Origin: Nemertoderma westbladi
Lineage: Eukaryota > Animalia > Xenacoelomorpha
Direction: 5' to 3'
DNA length: 44,682 nucleotides
Assembly: GCA_032718475.1 (NCBI GenBank)
Contig: JAUCBJ010003259.1
Coordinates: 1-44,682 of the forward strand
The translations under genes and the position numbers were made by a program. Under the pieces are notes generated by a model. That model did no database searches. It had not been told where the DNA came from and worked only from the letters and a program-made list of their open reading frames with translations. This document shows positions 1 to 12,048 of the stretch, piece by piece (the stretch's first letter is position 1; every line of letters begins with the position of its first letter).

Positions 1-10
1 GGGTGTCTAT

Positions 11-490
11 ATTACCATGACCCGTAATATATTATCATTTTCTGATGACACGGACCCCCCCAGATTTTTTTTACAAATCTTTATCATATTGCATGGAATT
101 TGAAACTCACCATGGTTGTTACCATGAAGCCGGAATTTTCGATTTCGCCTTTAAATTTTTTTAATAAGCGTTTTTAAAAAGCAGAAAAGTGTCTTTTGCG
201 AAATCGCACCGTCCGTATCATTACCATTCTTCATATTTGTCGTATTTTCGTCTGAATTTCGTTGAGAAACAGCTGAGATATAGGCGTTCAAATATTGCAA
301 GAAGTATTGTTCGCTGCAGGCCATTTATTCTGTTTAATAAATACACAAAATTCTAGAATGTGTTATTTATTTTATGAGTTGGTTGACAACAGCGGTATTC
401 CTATCCAATATATCTATTGCGTAGCTATTCATACATTAAACAAAATGTTCCAGAACATCGTGTATTTATTAAATTTATTCGCTATTTTCG
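11..490. repeat. Composite interspersed repeat (DNA-transposon remnants), second copy at ~4800-5446
   Basis: CCGTAATAT...TTTTCTGATGACACGGACCCCCC...GAAGCCGGAATTTTCGATTTCGCC and TCTGAATTTCGTTGAGAAACAGCTG...GGCGTTCAAA recur at 4800-5140. Confidence 0.75.
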
Positions 491-569
491 ATGCGATTTT
501 ATATGAGGAAGAAGAAATGTGGCGGGGGTTGGGTTGGGATTGGCCGATTAGTTTAATTGTAAACGAGAA

Positions 570-756
570 GCTCTGGAAGCCGACAACAGAAGGGAAACCG
601 TTGGTCGTTAACGAGACTGCTCTGGAAGCCGACAACAGAAGGGAAACCGTTGGTCGTTAACGAGACTGCTCTGGAAGCCGACAACAGAAGGGAAACCGTT
701 GGTCGTTAACGAGACTGCTCTGGAAGCCGACAACAGAAGGGAAACCGTTGGTCGTT
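570..756. repeat. 49-bp tandem repeat, ~3.8 copies
   Basis: Unit GCTCTGGAAGCCGACAACAGAAGGGAAACCGTTGGTCGTTAACGAGACT starts at 570, 619, 668 and 717. Confidence 0.95.
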
Positions 757-1395
757 GAAGCGCACAGCCACTGTACAGGTTACAGTTTCATTGTGGTTCA
801 TAATATAATATCGTTGTTATGGTTGTCAGTAAAGAGTTTACACAGCATATGTTATTGCAGTTAATTGAATAGTGTTTTGTATATATATTGTCTTTGCACT
901 GTCATATCTTTTTCATAACTTTTTGCTCTTTATACAGTATATTGTTTCGACCGACATCTCCCCCTGACTTTTAGTCTCGAAGGGAAAACGACTAAACGAC
1001 TAAACCGCTAGCCACCCATTGTTTATGAACAACAATTAGTACTGAAACAGTACGAGTAGAGTACTAGTAGATAATGGTATTATTTATTTTGTTACATTAT
1101 GTCAACCTCTCAACGTTCTGGTGAATTACTCGTAACGCTGCAAGGTAACACTTGGCAGCGTTGCGGCCTATAGGATGGAACGCAGCAAAGTATTCAATAA
1201 CTCGGAAACAACTTCAGTTACCGTATTCCAGAATGTATTATTTCCATTTATATTTCACCATCTCCCTTAATACAACAACCATATTTTTATCAAGACGGAG
1301 CCCCTCCCTCCACTTAGTTTTATTTTCAAATTTCAATCATATGCTACGGAAATGTGGTATGATGATATTTCGACAACTTCTCTTACTGCTGGCAG

Positions 1396-3120
1396 AGCCG
1401 GATCTTTTAATTTATGAACTATTTCGATACAACAAGCCATTAAAAATCGTCTATTTCGAAATATTGAGTCACCTCAGTCGGCTTTATTTTTCGTCTTTGG
1501 AATGTAATCTGGATATTAATAGAACCGCCTTCATCTGCAGATTCCGAATCTGAAAACCGTTTTTAAATTTCACAAAAAATTAGCAAAAATATCATCAAAA
1601 TACTTAAGGTGTAACTTTTGAGACTTAAATCGCTATAATATGATTTATTTATCGCTATAAGGTTTTGTCTTTATTCTAGAATATTAATTATTATTTAGCT
1701 GGGCGTTTAAAAATCCCCATCTTGTTTCTTCATTATTATTATTATTATTATTTCAATCCGGTATAAGGCCCTGGCGGCTTTAATTAGTTAAAGGGTCGGA
1801 CGACATACTAATGATTTAACTTGCACATAAAAATACGAATCATTGTAAACTGAATCACAAGTGGCTTATGGTATAAGAAGGTAAGACAAGACAAACAATG
1901 TTCAAATATCTAGAATCTCCTGAATAAGTGACCTTCGGATATTAAAATTTACTCCACATTGTCCATAGATAATTCTCAAATGCAGTTTTATAATTCTCTC
2001 GGGGTGTTCGGGTGAGGCAGGTGCTTTTAAGTTTACTAAGACAGGACTTTATGGCGTATTTATATACTGCAAGAGATGTAAGACTCGGTTGTTGGATTCC
2101 CAAGAAGATATGTTATAGGTTGAGTATAATTTAAAATTACCCTGGCCAGTAATGTTCACTTCAAGTAGGTAATAGAACAGATACATTACTTTTTCATTGC
2201 CGCAATTGAATATAATTATTGTATTATATATAGTGCGACATTGGTTTCCATATATGATGTCAGATACATCTGGTATTTGGAACAAATTATTCAGGATGAC
2301 ATTTGACATCTTTGATACCCGTAGTAGGCTACGCATGGCTTTTCTTGTTGAGGGGGCAATTTCGATCATGTCTTTTGATTCTAGTGATGACGAGTCATAC
2401 AGAACACTTGGTAAACTAAGGGATCGCCATATGGTAGTCAGTACATCGATGCTCATATTATCAACAGCGAAACCCTGAGTGTTTATCATAGCGACATTCA
2501 TCCATAACTTGTTCAAAATCGTGTGTTTCAGCGCTCTCGAGTTTGATGGCAGGGGTAAGCCAATGGGTAAGCCCATATAACTACAAGATTGTACTGATTT
2601 AATCGGTTGTTTCCCCTATAAATACTTTGTCTCCCATGATAGTGGTACCATCAGTATTAATGTTTAAGTAATTCGATTTTTTTATGTTGAATGAAAGGTT
2701 CAAGTTTGATAGAGATTCAGAGGCTAACTGTAACATATCTGTTAAATCTGAATTTATATTAGCTAAGAGAATAATGACATCAGCATACGTTATAATGCAG
2801 AATGATAAGTCATTGAGGTGGAGTCCCAGGCCGCTTTCAATTATAGAATTTACCATTTCAGCAATGTAGAAGTTAAATAGCAGTGAACTTAACACTCATT
2901 ACGCGTAATTAATATATTCTAGAATGCAGTAAAAAAAACATTATAATTATATCGATTTACGTGCAAAACTTACCTTTCTATTTTGATAATATCTCCGAGG
3001 TTATTGGTGAAATTTAAAACGGTTTTCAGATTCAGAATGTACAGATGAAAGCGGTTCTAATGATATCTAGATTTAACGGCTGGTTGTATCGTAATAGCTC
3101 ATAAATTGAGAATCCGGTTC
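1396..3120. mobile_element. Diverged fold-back/TIR element with a LINE fragment between its arms
   Basis: 1396-1573 (…TAGAACCGCCTTCATCTG…AATCTGAAAACCGTTTTTAAATTTCAC) is the reverse complement of 3008-3120 (GTGAAATTTAAAACGGTTTTCAGATT…CAGATGAAAGCGGTTCTA…). Confidence 0.65.
1733..2895 (-). mobile_element. 5'-truncated, decayed non-LTR retrotransposon (RT C-terminal part)
   Basis: ORF 2599-2895 has LSSLLFNFYI…ITYADVIILLA…LSFNIKKS (RT motifs, YADD degraded to YADV). It continues in 2049-2576, and an (AAT)n tail lies at ~1733-1751. Confidence 0.8.
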
Positions 3121-3528
3121 TAACAACAATGTAAAATAGTTAAATTATTATCTAAATCTCCCTCGCTGCGCTCGCTCGTTACGTAAATAAACTCGGGTCA
3201 TCACACTGTAAAGTGCTACTTTACACCTAATGCGATTGGGCTTGCTGTATTTATTTTGGGTGAAATTTATTTATTGTTTTAGTTTAAAAACCGCAATAGT
3301 TTATTAATATAAATAATGCATTTTTTGGGGATAAAGGTTTTTGAGGCCGATAAATCCGATGGGCGAGGTTACATCCACCCGGTTAGTAGAGAAGTTGTGT
3401 AAATAAGGTACCATATGTATATTGTACCAGCAAAATTGGTATTAAAAATTGTGAAATTATTAGACCAATTTCGGTTGCTCTGGAAACTAAATTGGTAACT
3501 ATCTAGAAGTGTATAGTTTAGTCTATAA

Positions 3529-3846
3529 ACTGTCTATGTTGGACACACCATCCAACACTTGTTTGAACGCGTTAGACAGCACCAGGATGGGACAGCCAAT
3601 GATGGGAGCGAACAGGGTAAGGGTAAGACTGTGCACAACCACATCATGACGCACCGCGGCGAGCCCAATACACGTTGGCTGACTGACTAGCGTGAATTGT
3701 TTAAACATTTCACTGTAATTGCTAGACACCCATTGCGGCCAGTCTTGCAAAAGCTTGAAATGTATTACATCCAAACACGCAAGCCGGTTATCAATAAGCA
3801 GAAACGTGACTGGCGCAAGTTTACGGTGCTGCTTCCCAGTGGTTAG
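3529..3846 (+). pseudogene. Penelope-like element GIY-YIG endonuclease C-terminal fragment
   Basis: Manual translation: TVYVGHTIQHLFERVRQH…TVHNHIMTH…*RELFKHFTVIARHPLRPVLQKLEMYYIQTRKPVINKQ. It has the YxGxT, RxxxH, E and P-x-x-N pattern of PLE GIY-YIG, with one stop at 3688-3690. Confidence 0.8.
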
Positions 3847-4614
3847 TTACAGCACATACATATCTTCATTTCGTTACCTGTTACGTCCCCCTTTGGGAAT
3901 CTCTCTCTACATTTCCTGGCTTGGCCTCCAGAGAATGCCTTCAGTTGCGGGGCGAAACCTACCGATCAGCTGGCTGCCGACAGCTGATCACTGATTGCAT
4001 GCAACGTCCAGGTCTTGTTGCTTTTTAGTTTGTACATACTTTGGCAATGACATACCAACCGGTAAGGTTTTCACTCAACGTGCTTGATTAATAAATAAAA
4101 TACAATTAACGTTCAATTATCTATGGGGATAGTCACTGGGATAAAGTTTGTCTGTACCAAATCTGGGGAAAATTCCACCAATAGACACCTTGTTGCTATG
4201 TAAAATCCCTGTTGCTAAGGAAAGAAGCATGGAATTGATACTGATCCGCATAATTTATTTTTATAGCTTTTATTGTTAAAATTCACATTATTTACCGCTC
4301 AGTCAATGGGCTAGCTGTAATTAAGATCTGCCTTATTTGCCTACGTAAATGGGGATCACTGTTCTTCAATTAGTCAACCTTGTACTGTAATAAATTCTAC
4401 TCTGGGGCATTTTATTTATTTAATGAGTAGCTACGAATAGTAAAATGACATCAAGTAATTAATAATCTTAAAATATATAATATGTTCCAGAATATTGTGT
4501 ATTTATTAAATTTAATAATTAGCCTGCACTGCAGACTGTAACGGATGCAAATACCTTCACTTTTTGAACGCCCATATCTCAGCTATTTCTCAACGACATT
4601 AATTAATAACTATT

Positions 4615-4751
4615 TACATACTTGTGTGTAAAGTAGCACTTTACAGTGTGATGATCCGAGTGGCTTTGTTACACGAACGAACGTTAGTGAGTGAGTGAAA
4701 ATAAAGCCACGAGGATCACAACACTGTAAAGTACTTTGCAACAAGTATGTA
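4615..4751. repeat. Fold-back hairpin element with asymmetric tip
   Basis: TACATACTTGT…ACTTTACAGTGT…GTGGCTTT pairs with AAAGCCAC…ACACTGTAAAGT…ACAAGTATGTA. A related half copy lies at 3160-3226. Confidence 0.75.
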
Positions 4752-5045
4752 TGTAGTTTTATTCCAAAATTTTAACATTACGAAATGATTGTACATATAT
4801 TACACCATGAACCGTAATATAGTGTCATTTTCTGATGACACGGACCCCCCCCCCCCAGATTTTTCTACAAATCTTTATCATATTGCTTAAAATTTGAAAC
4901 ACCACTAGTTCCACTCACCGTCGATGACCCCAAGAAGCCGGAATTTTCGATTTCGCCTTAAATTTTTTTTATAAGCGTTTTAAAAAAGTGTCTTTTGCGA
5001 AATTGCACCCTCCGTATCGTGGCTATTCTTCAGATTAGTCGTAAT

Positions 5046-5446
5046 GCGTTGCAAGGATTCGAAATATGTAACAATATCTGAATTTCGTTGAGAAACAGCT
5101 GGGATATAGGCGTTCAAAGATTGCAAAAATTATCGTTCGCTAGATGCCATTTACTCTATTTAATAAATTAACAATGTTCTGGAACATTTAGTTTAAGAAT
5201 GATTAGCTACGTAATAGATATATTGGATAGGAATACCGCTGTTGCCAACCAACTCAAAATAAATAACACGTTCTAGAATTTTCTGTATTTATTAAAGAGA
5301 ATAAATTGAAGAATGGCCATGATACGGATAAAGAGAATACATTGCCTACAGCGAACGATAATTCTTGCAATCTTTGAACGCTTATATCTCAGTTGTTTCT
5401 TAACGAAATTCAGACATTGTTACATATTTGGAATCCTTGCAACGCA
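5046..5446. mobile_element. MITE-like element with ~95-bp inverted repeats
   Basis: GCGTTGCAAGGATTC…TATCGTTCGCT (5046-5141) vs AGCGAACGATA…GAATCCTTGCAACGC (5350-5445). Confidence 0.75.
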
Positions 5447-5569
5447 AGCTTTCCAATGATATGAAAACTGATCTACATTTTGCACATTTTCATGTTGTTT
5501 TCTTATCTTTGGTTACATAGTATTGTTTTTCTAACCAAAACAATAAACGATGCAAAAGTGAATTACCAT

Positions 5570-6476
5570 TGGGGGGCTAATAATTCTATTTGGGGTGCTA
5601 ATAATTCTATTTGGGGTGCTAATAATTCTATTTGGGGTGCTAATAATTCTATTTGGGGTGCTAAAAATTCAATTTGGGGTGCTAATAATTCAATTTGGGG
5701 TGCTAATAATTATATTTGGGGTGCTAATAATTCTATTTGGGGTGCTAATAATTCTATTTGGGGTGCTAATAATTCTATTTGGGGTGTTAATAATTCTATT
5801 TGGCGTGCTAATAATTATATTTGGGGTGCTAATAATTCTATTTGGGGTGCTAATAATTCTATTTGGGGTGCTAATAATTATATTTGGGGTGCTAATAATT
5901 CTATTTGGGGTGCTAATAATTCTATTTGGGGTGCTAATAATTGTATTTGGGGTGCTAATAATTCTATTTGGGGTGCTAATAATTCTATTTGGGGTGCTAA
6001 TAATTCTATTTGGGGTGCTAATAATTCTATTTGGGGTGCTAATAATTCTATTTGGGGTGCTAATAATTCTATTTGGGGTGCTAATAATTCTATTTGGGGT
6101 GCTAATAATTCTATTTGGGGTGTTAATAATTCTATTTGGCGTGCTAATAATTATATTTGGGGTGCTAATAATTCTATTTGGGGTGCTAATAATTCTATTT
6201 GGGGTGCTAATAATTCTATTTGGGGTGCTAATAATTCTATTTGGGGTGCTAATAATTCTATTTGGGGTGCTAATAATTGTATTTGGGGTGCTAATAATTC
6301 TATTTGGGGTGCTAATAATTATATTTGGGGTGCTAATAATTCTATTTGGGGTGCTAATAATTCTATTTGGGGTGCTAATAATTCTATTTGGGGTGCTAAT
6401 AATTCTATTTGGGGTGCTAATAATTCTATTTGGGGTGCTAATAATTCTATTTGGGGTGCTAATAATTCTATTTGGG
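5570..6476. repeat. 21-bp minisatellite, ~43 copies
   Basis: Unit TGGGGTGCTAATAATTCTATT with few variants. Confidence 0.98.
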
Positions 6477-7343
6477 TTGTCGGTATGAGTAATTTGATTA
6501 TTTTTGGGGTGCAATATATTTAAATTGGGAGATGTAAATTGTTGGTGCTATATTAAGAACATTAATCATACATAACCTACAAAACAGCACCAAATGATGC
6601 GGCGAGATTGTCTAATTTTACCTATTAATAGTAGTTTACCTATTAATTATATCAAATTAATTATTAATTCCCTGAGATAAAATACAGAAAAAATAATAGA
6701 TTAAGTTGGAAAAATAATATAGATAATTGTTTCAACTATTTTGTAATAACTTTTTTCCTCAATATATAGCGGGAAAAAACGTTAAGAAGATTCCTTACAA
6801 CTGTGATTGGCCATTATTGGTGCCTTTCCTCAATAATTTACCCTCAATAAATATTTAGGTATTTTGGTGGTGTTGATCAATAACAATTTTGAAACGGATG
6901 AACTTTATGTTGAGATAAATAATAACCCTCCGGAAAATATATAAAAACTCTAAATTATTTAATTAATATGGCCGTTTTCAACCACAGTTATTCTCTCCGG
7001 GCAGTTTTAATAAGAATTTCTACACCACTAGATTCATTAACAGCGTTATAGATGGACTCTGTTTCATTAACCTCTTCAATGTAAGAATAGACACTTCTGC
7101 ACTTCCCTCACTTCGCTCGATTACCACAATGTTATTCTATTAATGTAACAACATTTCAAACTAAATATATTTAATGTTTCGAGTTTTAATATGAACGATC
7201 TTTTAATATACTTTAACAGAACCCTTCACCAGAAATAAATATTCTATACACCACCTTTCTACTGAATTGCAGTTATTGAGCAACCACCACGTGATATTTT
7301 CTTGAAGATGGTTTTATATGTAGAGTTATTTTCATCAATTCGT

Positions 7344-7465
7344 CTATCCGCATTTGTTACAGGAGGTCTGACAGTGAACATACATGTAGGCTGGGTTATC
7401 TGTGCATTGGTTTTCAGCAGCCCAGTCAGCACAGTTATTGTGATCATCTTCAGCTTCAACGCAAT
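7344..7465 (-). CDS. ShKT gene exon 5 (ShKT domain 4, stop)
   Basis: CVEAEDDHNNCADWAAENQCTDNPAYMYVHCQTSCNKCG* after a TTACAG acceptor. Confidence 0.9.
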
Positions 7466-9927
7466 CTGTAACAAAAGGTAATTGATAATTTTTATTCTTG
7501 AATTAATTTTTCAAATTGTATTTCCCTTTCTTTTTCAATCCTCTCATGGGAAAATCGACACAAATAACATCTGCATTTTGAAATGCAAGGCCTGTTTTAT
7601 TGACTAAGTGGCTGCTACCGGTACCGGCAAGTAAATAAGAAATATAATAATATAAAATGCCCTTAATATTTCTTTTACCTTCTCCATCGTCGCATTTGTT
7701 GCAGGAAGTTTGGCAGTGGACATACATCCAGGCTGGATTGGTTACACAGTCGCCATTAGCAGCAAACCCTGAGCAATTCTCATAGTCATCCTTATTCTCA
7801 ACGCAATCTTAGGGAAGTCATTTTATTACTATAACATTTTAATTATTTAAATCTATAAATTATTTTATAATTTCAATTTAAACTTAGTTGGCTTTTGCAA
7901 TAAGATACGTACAATATGTGCATGTGCTACTGCTGCTCACCAGTGAGTCGGTTCTTTGTCAGAGATGGAAAGTTAATTCTATTTATTTATATGTATGTTG
8001 TTAACCCCCCCCCCCCCCCCACCTTCGCCTCCCCGTACTCTTAAAAATCCTGACATTTCACTTTAAAAGCGGAGCATAAGAGCATTATTTTTTATTAAAT
8101 TATTTAGGTTAATAAAATTACGCATTTCTTGAAAAAAAACCATCTGCTTCACAACCGCTCTTTGGGTTTACTTTTTGATTATTTTTTAATAATATCAACC
8201 GAAATTCTACATCTCACAACAATTATTGATAATAAATAAGGTTTACAAACTTTCTCCATCATTGCAATAGTTGCAGGATGTCTGACAGTAGTTGTACATG
8301 AATGCTGGGTTTTCTGTGCACTGGTCATCAGCAGACCAACCTGGGCAGTTCGCGTCAAGATCGGGTCGTTCATGACACACTGAAACAATACAATGAACAT
8401 CATGTTATGACTTACAGTGACAACTAAATCATAATGGATATTGTAGTTGTTATGTGTAACTGTCACAAATAACTGAGACTTTTTGTTACTACTAATAGGT
8501 CTGCTGCATTGAAGCTGCACATTGAGATATATTCTTGCTATTTTTGCCATCACTATGCAATCCACACTTGCCGGCTTTTTGATACTTTCTGGTTGACCTT
8601 TATCAGCAACGTCTCACAAGTTACCAGACTGTACAAAGATCTGCCATTAATACTTTTCAATTTACATACCTGTCCCATCGTCACATTTGTTACACGAAGT
8701 TTCACAATTTTCGTACATGTAACCCGGGTTTGTTCCACATTGGCCATCTGCCGCCCAGCCTGGGCAATTGAAGTTGTAATCAGGTTGCTCACAGCAAGCT
8801 TCATAAAATATAAAATTATTATGTAACATAGGTCTGTATTTTTTCATGCGGGAAAAACTGAGTGAGTGTAAAATTAAAAAGTGAATATGGATGATACATT
8901 ATTTAAAAAAGAGCTTGTATGCATGTGAGCATGTAAACGTTAACATATTAATTAATCTAACTATTACGCTGAATTAACATTTCCCTTATTAACTTAATAA
9001 AACATTTCCATTTTCCTTATTGCCTTTAATAAGGTATGATAAAAGATAGGACATATATTTAGAGGTTAGGTTACAGTTTCATTTTTGAATTTCTATTCTA
9101 TTACACAGAAACTGTAAGAGCAGCACCGCCCATGAGTTTTAGTATAAAAATTCACCTATGAGTTTTAGTAGGGCCTTATTGCAATCGGCGGTAAGGTTTG
9201 GCTTCAAGTAGGACTCTTTCTACTAATGTACTGTGTGAGTCTGGGCCAAACTGTTAGTATCAAACTGTTTTTAAACAACGCGCAATTCTCGTTGCGCCAT
9301 TGCGTTGCGCCAAGTTTCATTGTGTTGCGTATTTTACAGAAAGCCGGCCTCTTGGCATTTGATTTTGTTTGCACAGACTTCTCCTAACTGATAAATGACA
9401 TGTAAAGCGGCATGTAAAGTTCTGTCCAAGGTCGTATGGACTAATGATATACAGTAGCATATGTGGGGGGCGGGGGGGGGGGGGGGGGGATTGTTGGCCA
9501 TCAGTAATATAATATGGTACAATAATACTGAAAGATATTTCCATATTTCAGTTAAATACAGTACATTGCTGAGAATTTAATTTACTTTACTTTATTTCGT
9601 TCCCTAATAAACATTTTGTATTACAAAAATCACACTCTTTTTGTACTACAAAAGTTGTCAAACTATTTAACATAATTTCCATGATCAAACATTTTGTACA
9701 AATTCATAAGAATCGAGAATATGAGAGGACTATGTTTTAAGACTACCCCCCCCCCCCCCCCCCGCCACATGATAGATTTTTTAACATGTTTCCGAAAATA
9801 ACGTAAAGATAATAATACCTGAAGAAGGTGGACTAGCTTCAGTACCTCCTTGAGCAACAAAAGTTTGAACACCACAGGATACAACATGCACCATCGCCAA
9901 GACAGTGAGACACAAGAGGATTTTCAT
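7344..9927 (-). CDS. Secreted protein: signal peptide + 4 ShKT (ShK toxin-like) domains, 205 aa. Exons 9927-9819, 8798-8670, 8379-8251, 7807-7679, 7465-7344
   Basis: Exon 1 encodes MKILLCLTVLAMVHVVSCG…. Three 129-bp phase-1 exons and a terminal exon each encode a six-Cys ShKT unit ending CxxxCxxC, e.g. CVENKDDYENCSGFAANGDCVTNPAWMYVHCQTSCNKC. All introns are GT-AG. The spliced CDS is 618 nt, in frame to TAG. Confidence 0.9.
7679..7807 (-). CDS. ShKT gene exon 4 (ShKT domain 3)
   Basis: CVENKDDYENCSGFAANGDCVTNPAWMYVHCQTSCNKCDDGE, bounded by AG/GTAA. Confidence 0.9.
8251..8379 (-). CDS. ShKT gene exon 3 (ShKT domain 2)
   Basis: CHERPDLDANCPGWSADDQCTENPAFMYNYCQTSCNYCNDGE, bounded by TTTCAG/GT. 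Confidence 0.9.
8670..8798 (-). CDS. ShKT gene exon 2 (ShKT domain 1)
   Basis: CCEQPDYNFNCPGWAADGQCGTNPGYMYENCETSCNKCDDGT, bounded by AG/GT. Confidence 0.9.
9819..9927 (-). CDS. ShKT gene exon 1 (signal peptide)
   Basis: ATG at 9927, MKILLCLTVLAMVHVVSCGVQTFVAQGGTEASPPSS, donor CAG|GTATT. Confidence 0.85.
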
Positions 9928-10730
9928 TGTGGATATTTCGAATTGAGTTTGTTGAACAGATAAACAACGTTTTGACGTTTTGTTTTAAAACTTCTAACTT
10001 TAAAAACGTTAAGTTGTGATAAGTAACTTTTTGTTTGAAGATATATATATATATGATTTTGCGTGGGTGACAGACATACGTATTTCCTATTGATTTACAT
10101 TATTTTCTTGCATGTGGCATGATGCAATAAATAATTGGGCTATTTATTATAATATTCGTTAAAGTAATACATGCAATTATATATTTCTGTTGATTTGGTA
10201 TATCAGCTTTGTTGAATACATCTCATTATATTTTTACAGTACAGTACGAGCTAGACTATAGTATATAGATGGAGATGAATTCAGTTTGATCAATTTTATA
10301 AACGCAGCTGCAGTTACTGCACATGTGAATTTCTGTGCTCAGGCTGATATCTGTCTGGGGTGTATGTGCGTGGATAGTTGATACTTTCTGATGTAGCAAA
10401 CAAATCATAGTTTGTGTCATTGTAAACACCTAAAAGTTGGAGTATTACATTTGCCTACAATTTTGTAACTCATATAGCGGACGGTAATATGTCAAATGTT
10501 ACAGATTTCGTTTTAAGATTAAATGAAGATGAAAATGAGGACGATGTGTTTACAATTTACATCTTATTAAAAATATCAATCAAATCTAAATCTAATAATT
10601 TTTCTCTGAAGTTTTTGAATAAACGTCTATAAACATCTATAATTTTATCCACTTGTAAAAGCAAAGTAAAAATTTTTTTAACTGCGTATTTGTTGAAGTC
10701 AAATTATAATTAACATCTACCCTGCTCTTT

Positions 10731-11200
10731 GTGGGGCGAGCGACGAAAGTAAGCGAGCTTAGCATACAGGTACCACTAACTGAATCGGTGTGTCTGTTGA
10801 TCTGTTGTGGGGCGAGCGACGAAAGTAAGCGAGCTTAGCATACAGGTACCACTAACTCAATCGGTGTGTCTGTGGGGCGAGCCACGAAGTGAGTGAGCCT
10901 TAGCGTAGTGGTACCATTAATCAACATGTGGGGCGAGCCACGAAGTGAGTGAGCCTTAGCGTAGTGGTACCATTAATCAACCTGTGGGGCGAGCCACGAA
11001 GTGAGTGAGTCTTAGCGTAGTAGTACCATTAATCAACCTGTCGTTCTGTCGTGTTCAATTTTAAACGTTAATAACTCGGCCAATCTTCGATGAAATCTAT
11101 CCAAACCTGGTACACATGTTGTTTGGCAAAAGTTTAGAAATTTTCCAAGTTGAATTTTCGTGTGGCCTTCGAGAAGCTAAGATAATAGCAGTTAATTAGT
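10731..11200. repeat. Five tandem GTGGGGCGAGC(G/C)ACGAA units (last three with 56-bp period) heading a probable Helentron/HINE-like repeat
   Basis: Units at 10731, 10807, 10872, 10928 and 10984. The same head occurs at ~29083. Family assignment is inference. Confidence 0.6.
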
Positions 11201-12048
11201 TAATTAAATTGATTACGGTAAAAACAGCACTTTCAACCTGCCTGTTAAAGGAAATTAATTATTTTACAGTATAAGACTTAAATAATTATACTTAAAAATT
11301 ATACAGATGTAATCCACATACCCCATTCTATTATAGTTTTTAATTAGTTTAAGTGATTTGCTTTAATAATTGTGTCTTTAATTGATCTAAAGTAATTAGA
11401 ACGGCATAAAAAATTGATTCTCATTAAATACTGCTCATTTATTGGTTAACATCCAAGTTGGCTCGGTGCTGGTACATAGGATGGGAAGGATGTGTGTGTA
11501 GAACAGCCAGTTGCTCTTCAATGGGAATGCGAATGTAAGTAACCACATGCAGCTAGTGGGGGTATTAATAGCTATACCCCGCCTACCGGTAGGCAATGAG
11601 TAGGCCTATCTGGCTGTCAGGCAAATTTCCATTTATTGTTTACGTGGTAACCAATGACGGCGTTAAGTAATGTCCACTAAGGGGACATTACTAATAACTA
11701 ATACATTACTACATAACACCAAATACAATACTAAATGTACAGGCCAATACAATGCTGTAATGTCCTCTAAAGTTGTATAGTGCTAAATAACAATTCGCTG
11801 TTATTACTAACGGCGTTGAGTAATGTTACAATTTTGGAATTATAGTTAATTACAAATTTGGAATCCTTGGAAAGTCACCTTTCCATTGGTATCATCTACT
11901 ATCAACAAATCACAATAAGGACGAAGAATAATTGCGGTGCGAGGTGTGGTGACTGGTGTAATGTTTAATTACTTATTAGACACTAATATATTTTAATAAT
12001 TATAATACAGTAATTAGGATGATTTTAACAATGGGCCTAAAATTACAT

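Noticed and set aside
42-60. CTGATGA hammerhead core (also ~4832)
   Set aside because: No stem II followed by GAAA.
570-756. CRISPR-like array (also considered at 10731-11040 and 31708-32017)
   Set aside because: Whole units repeat without unique spacers, there are no cas genes, and the context is eukaryotic.
3523-3774. 83-aa minus-strand ORF
   Set aside because: Antisense to the recognisable GIY-YIG frame.
5480-6523. Long ORFs (WGANNSI)n, (LIILFGV)n and (ISTPNRI)n
   Set aside because: By-products of a stop-poor 21-bp repeat, open in several frames on both strands.
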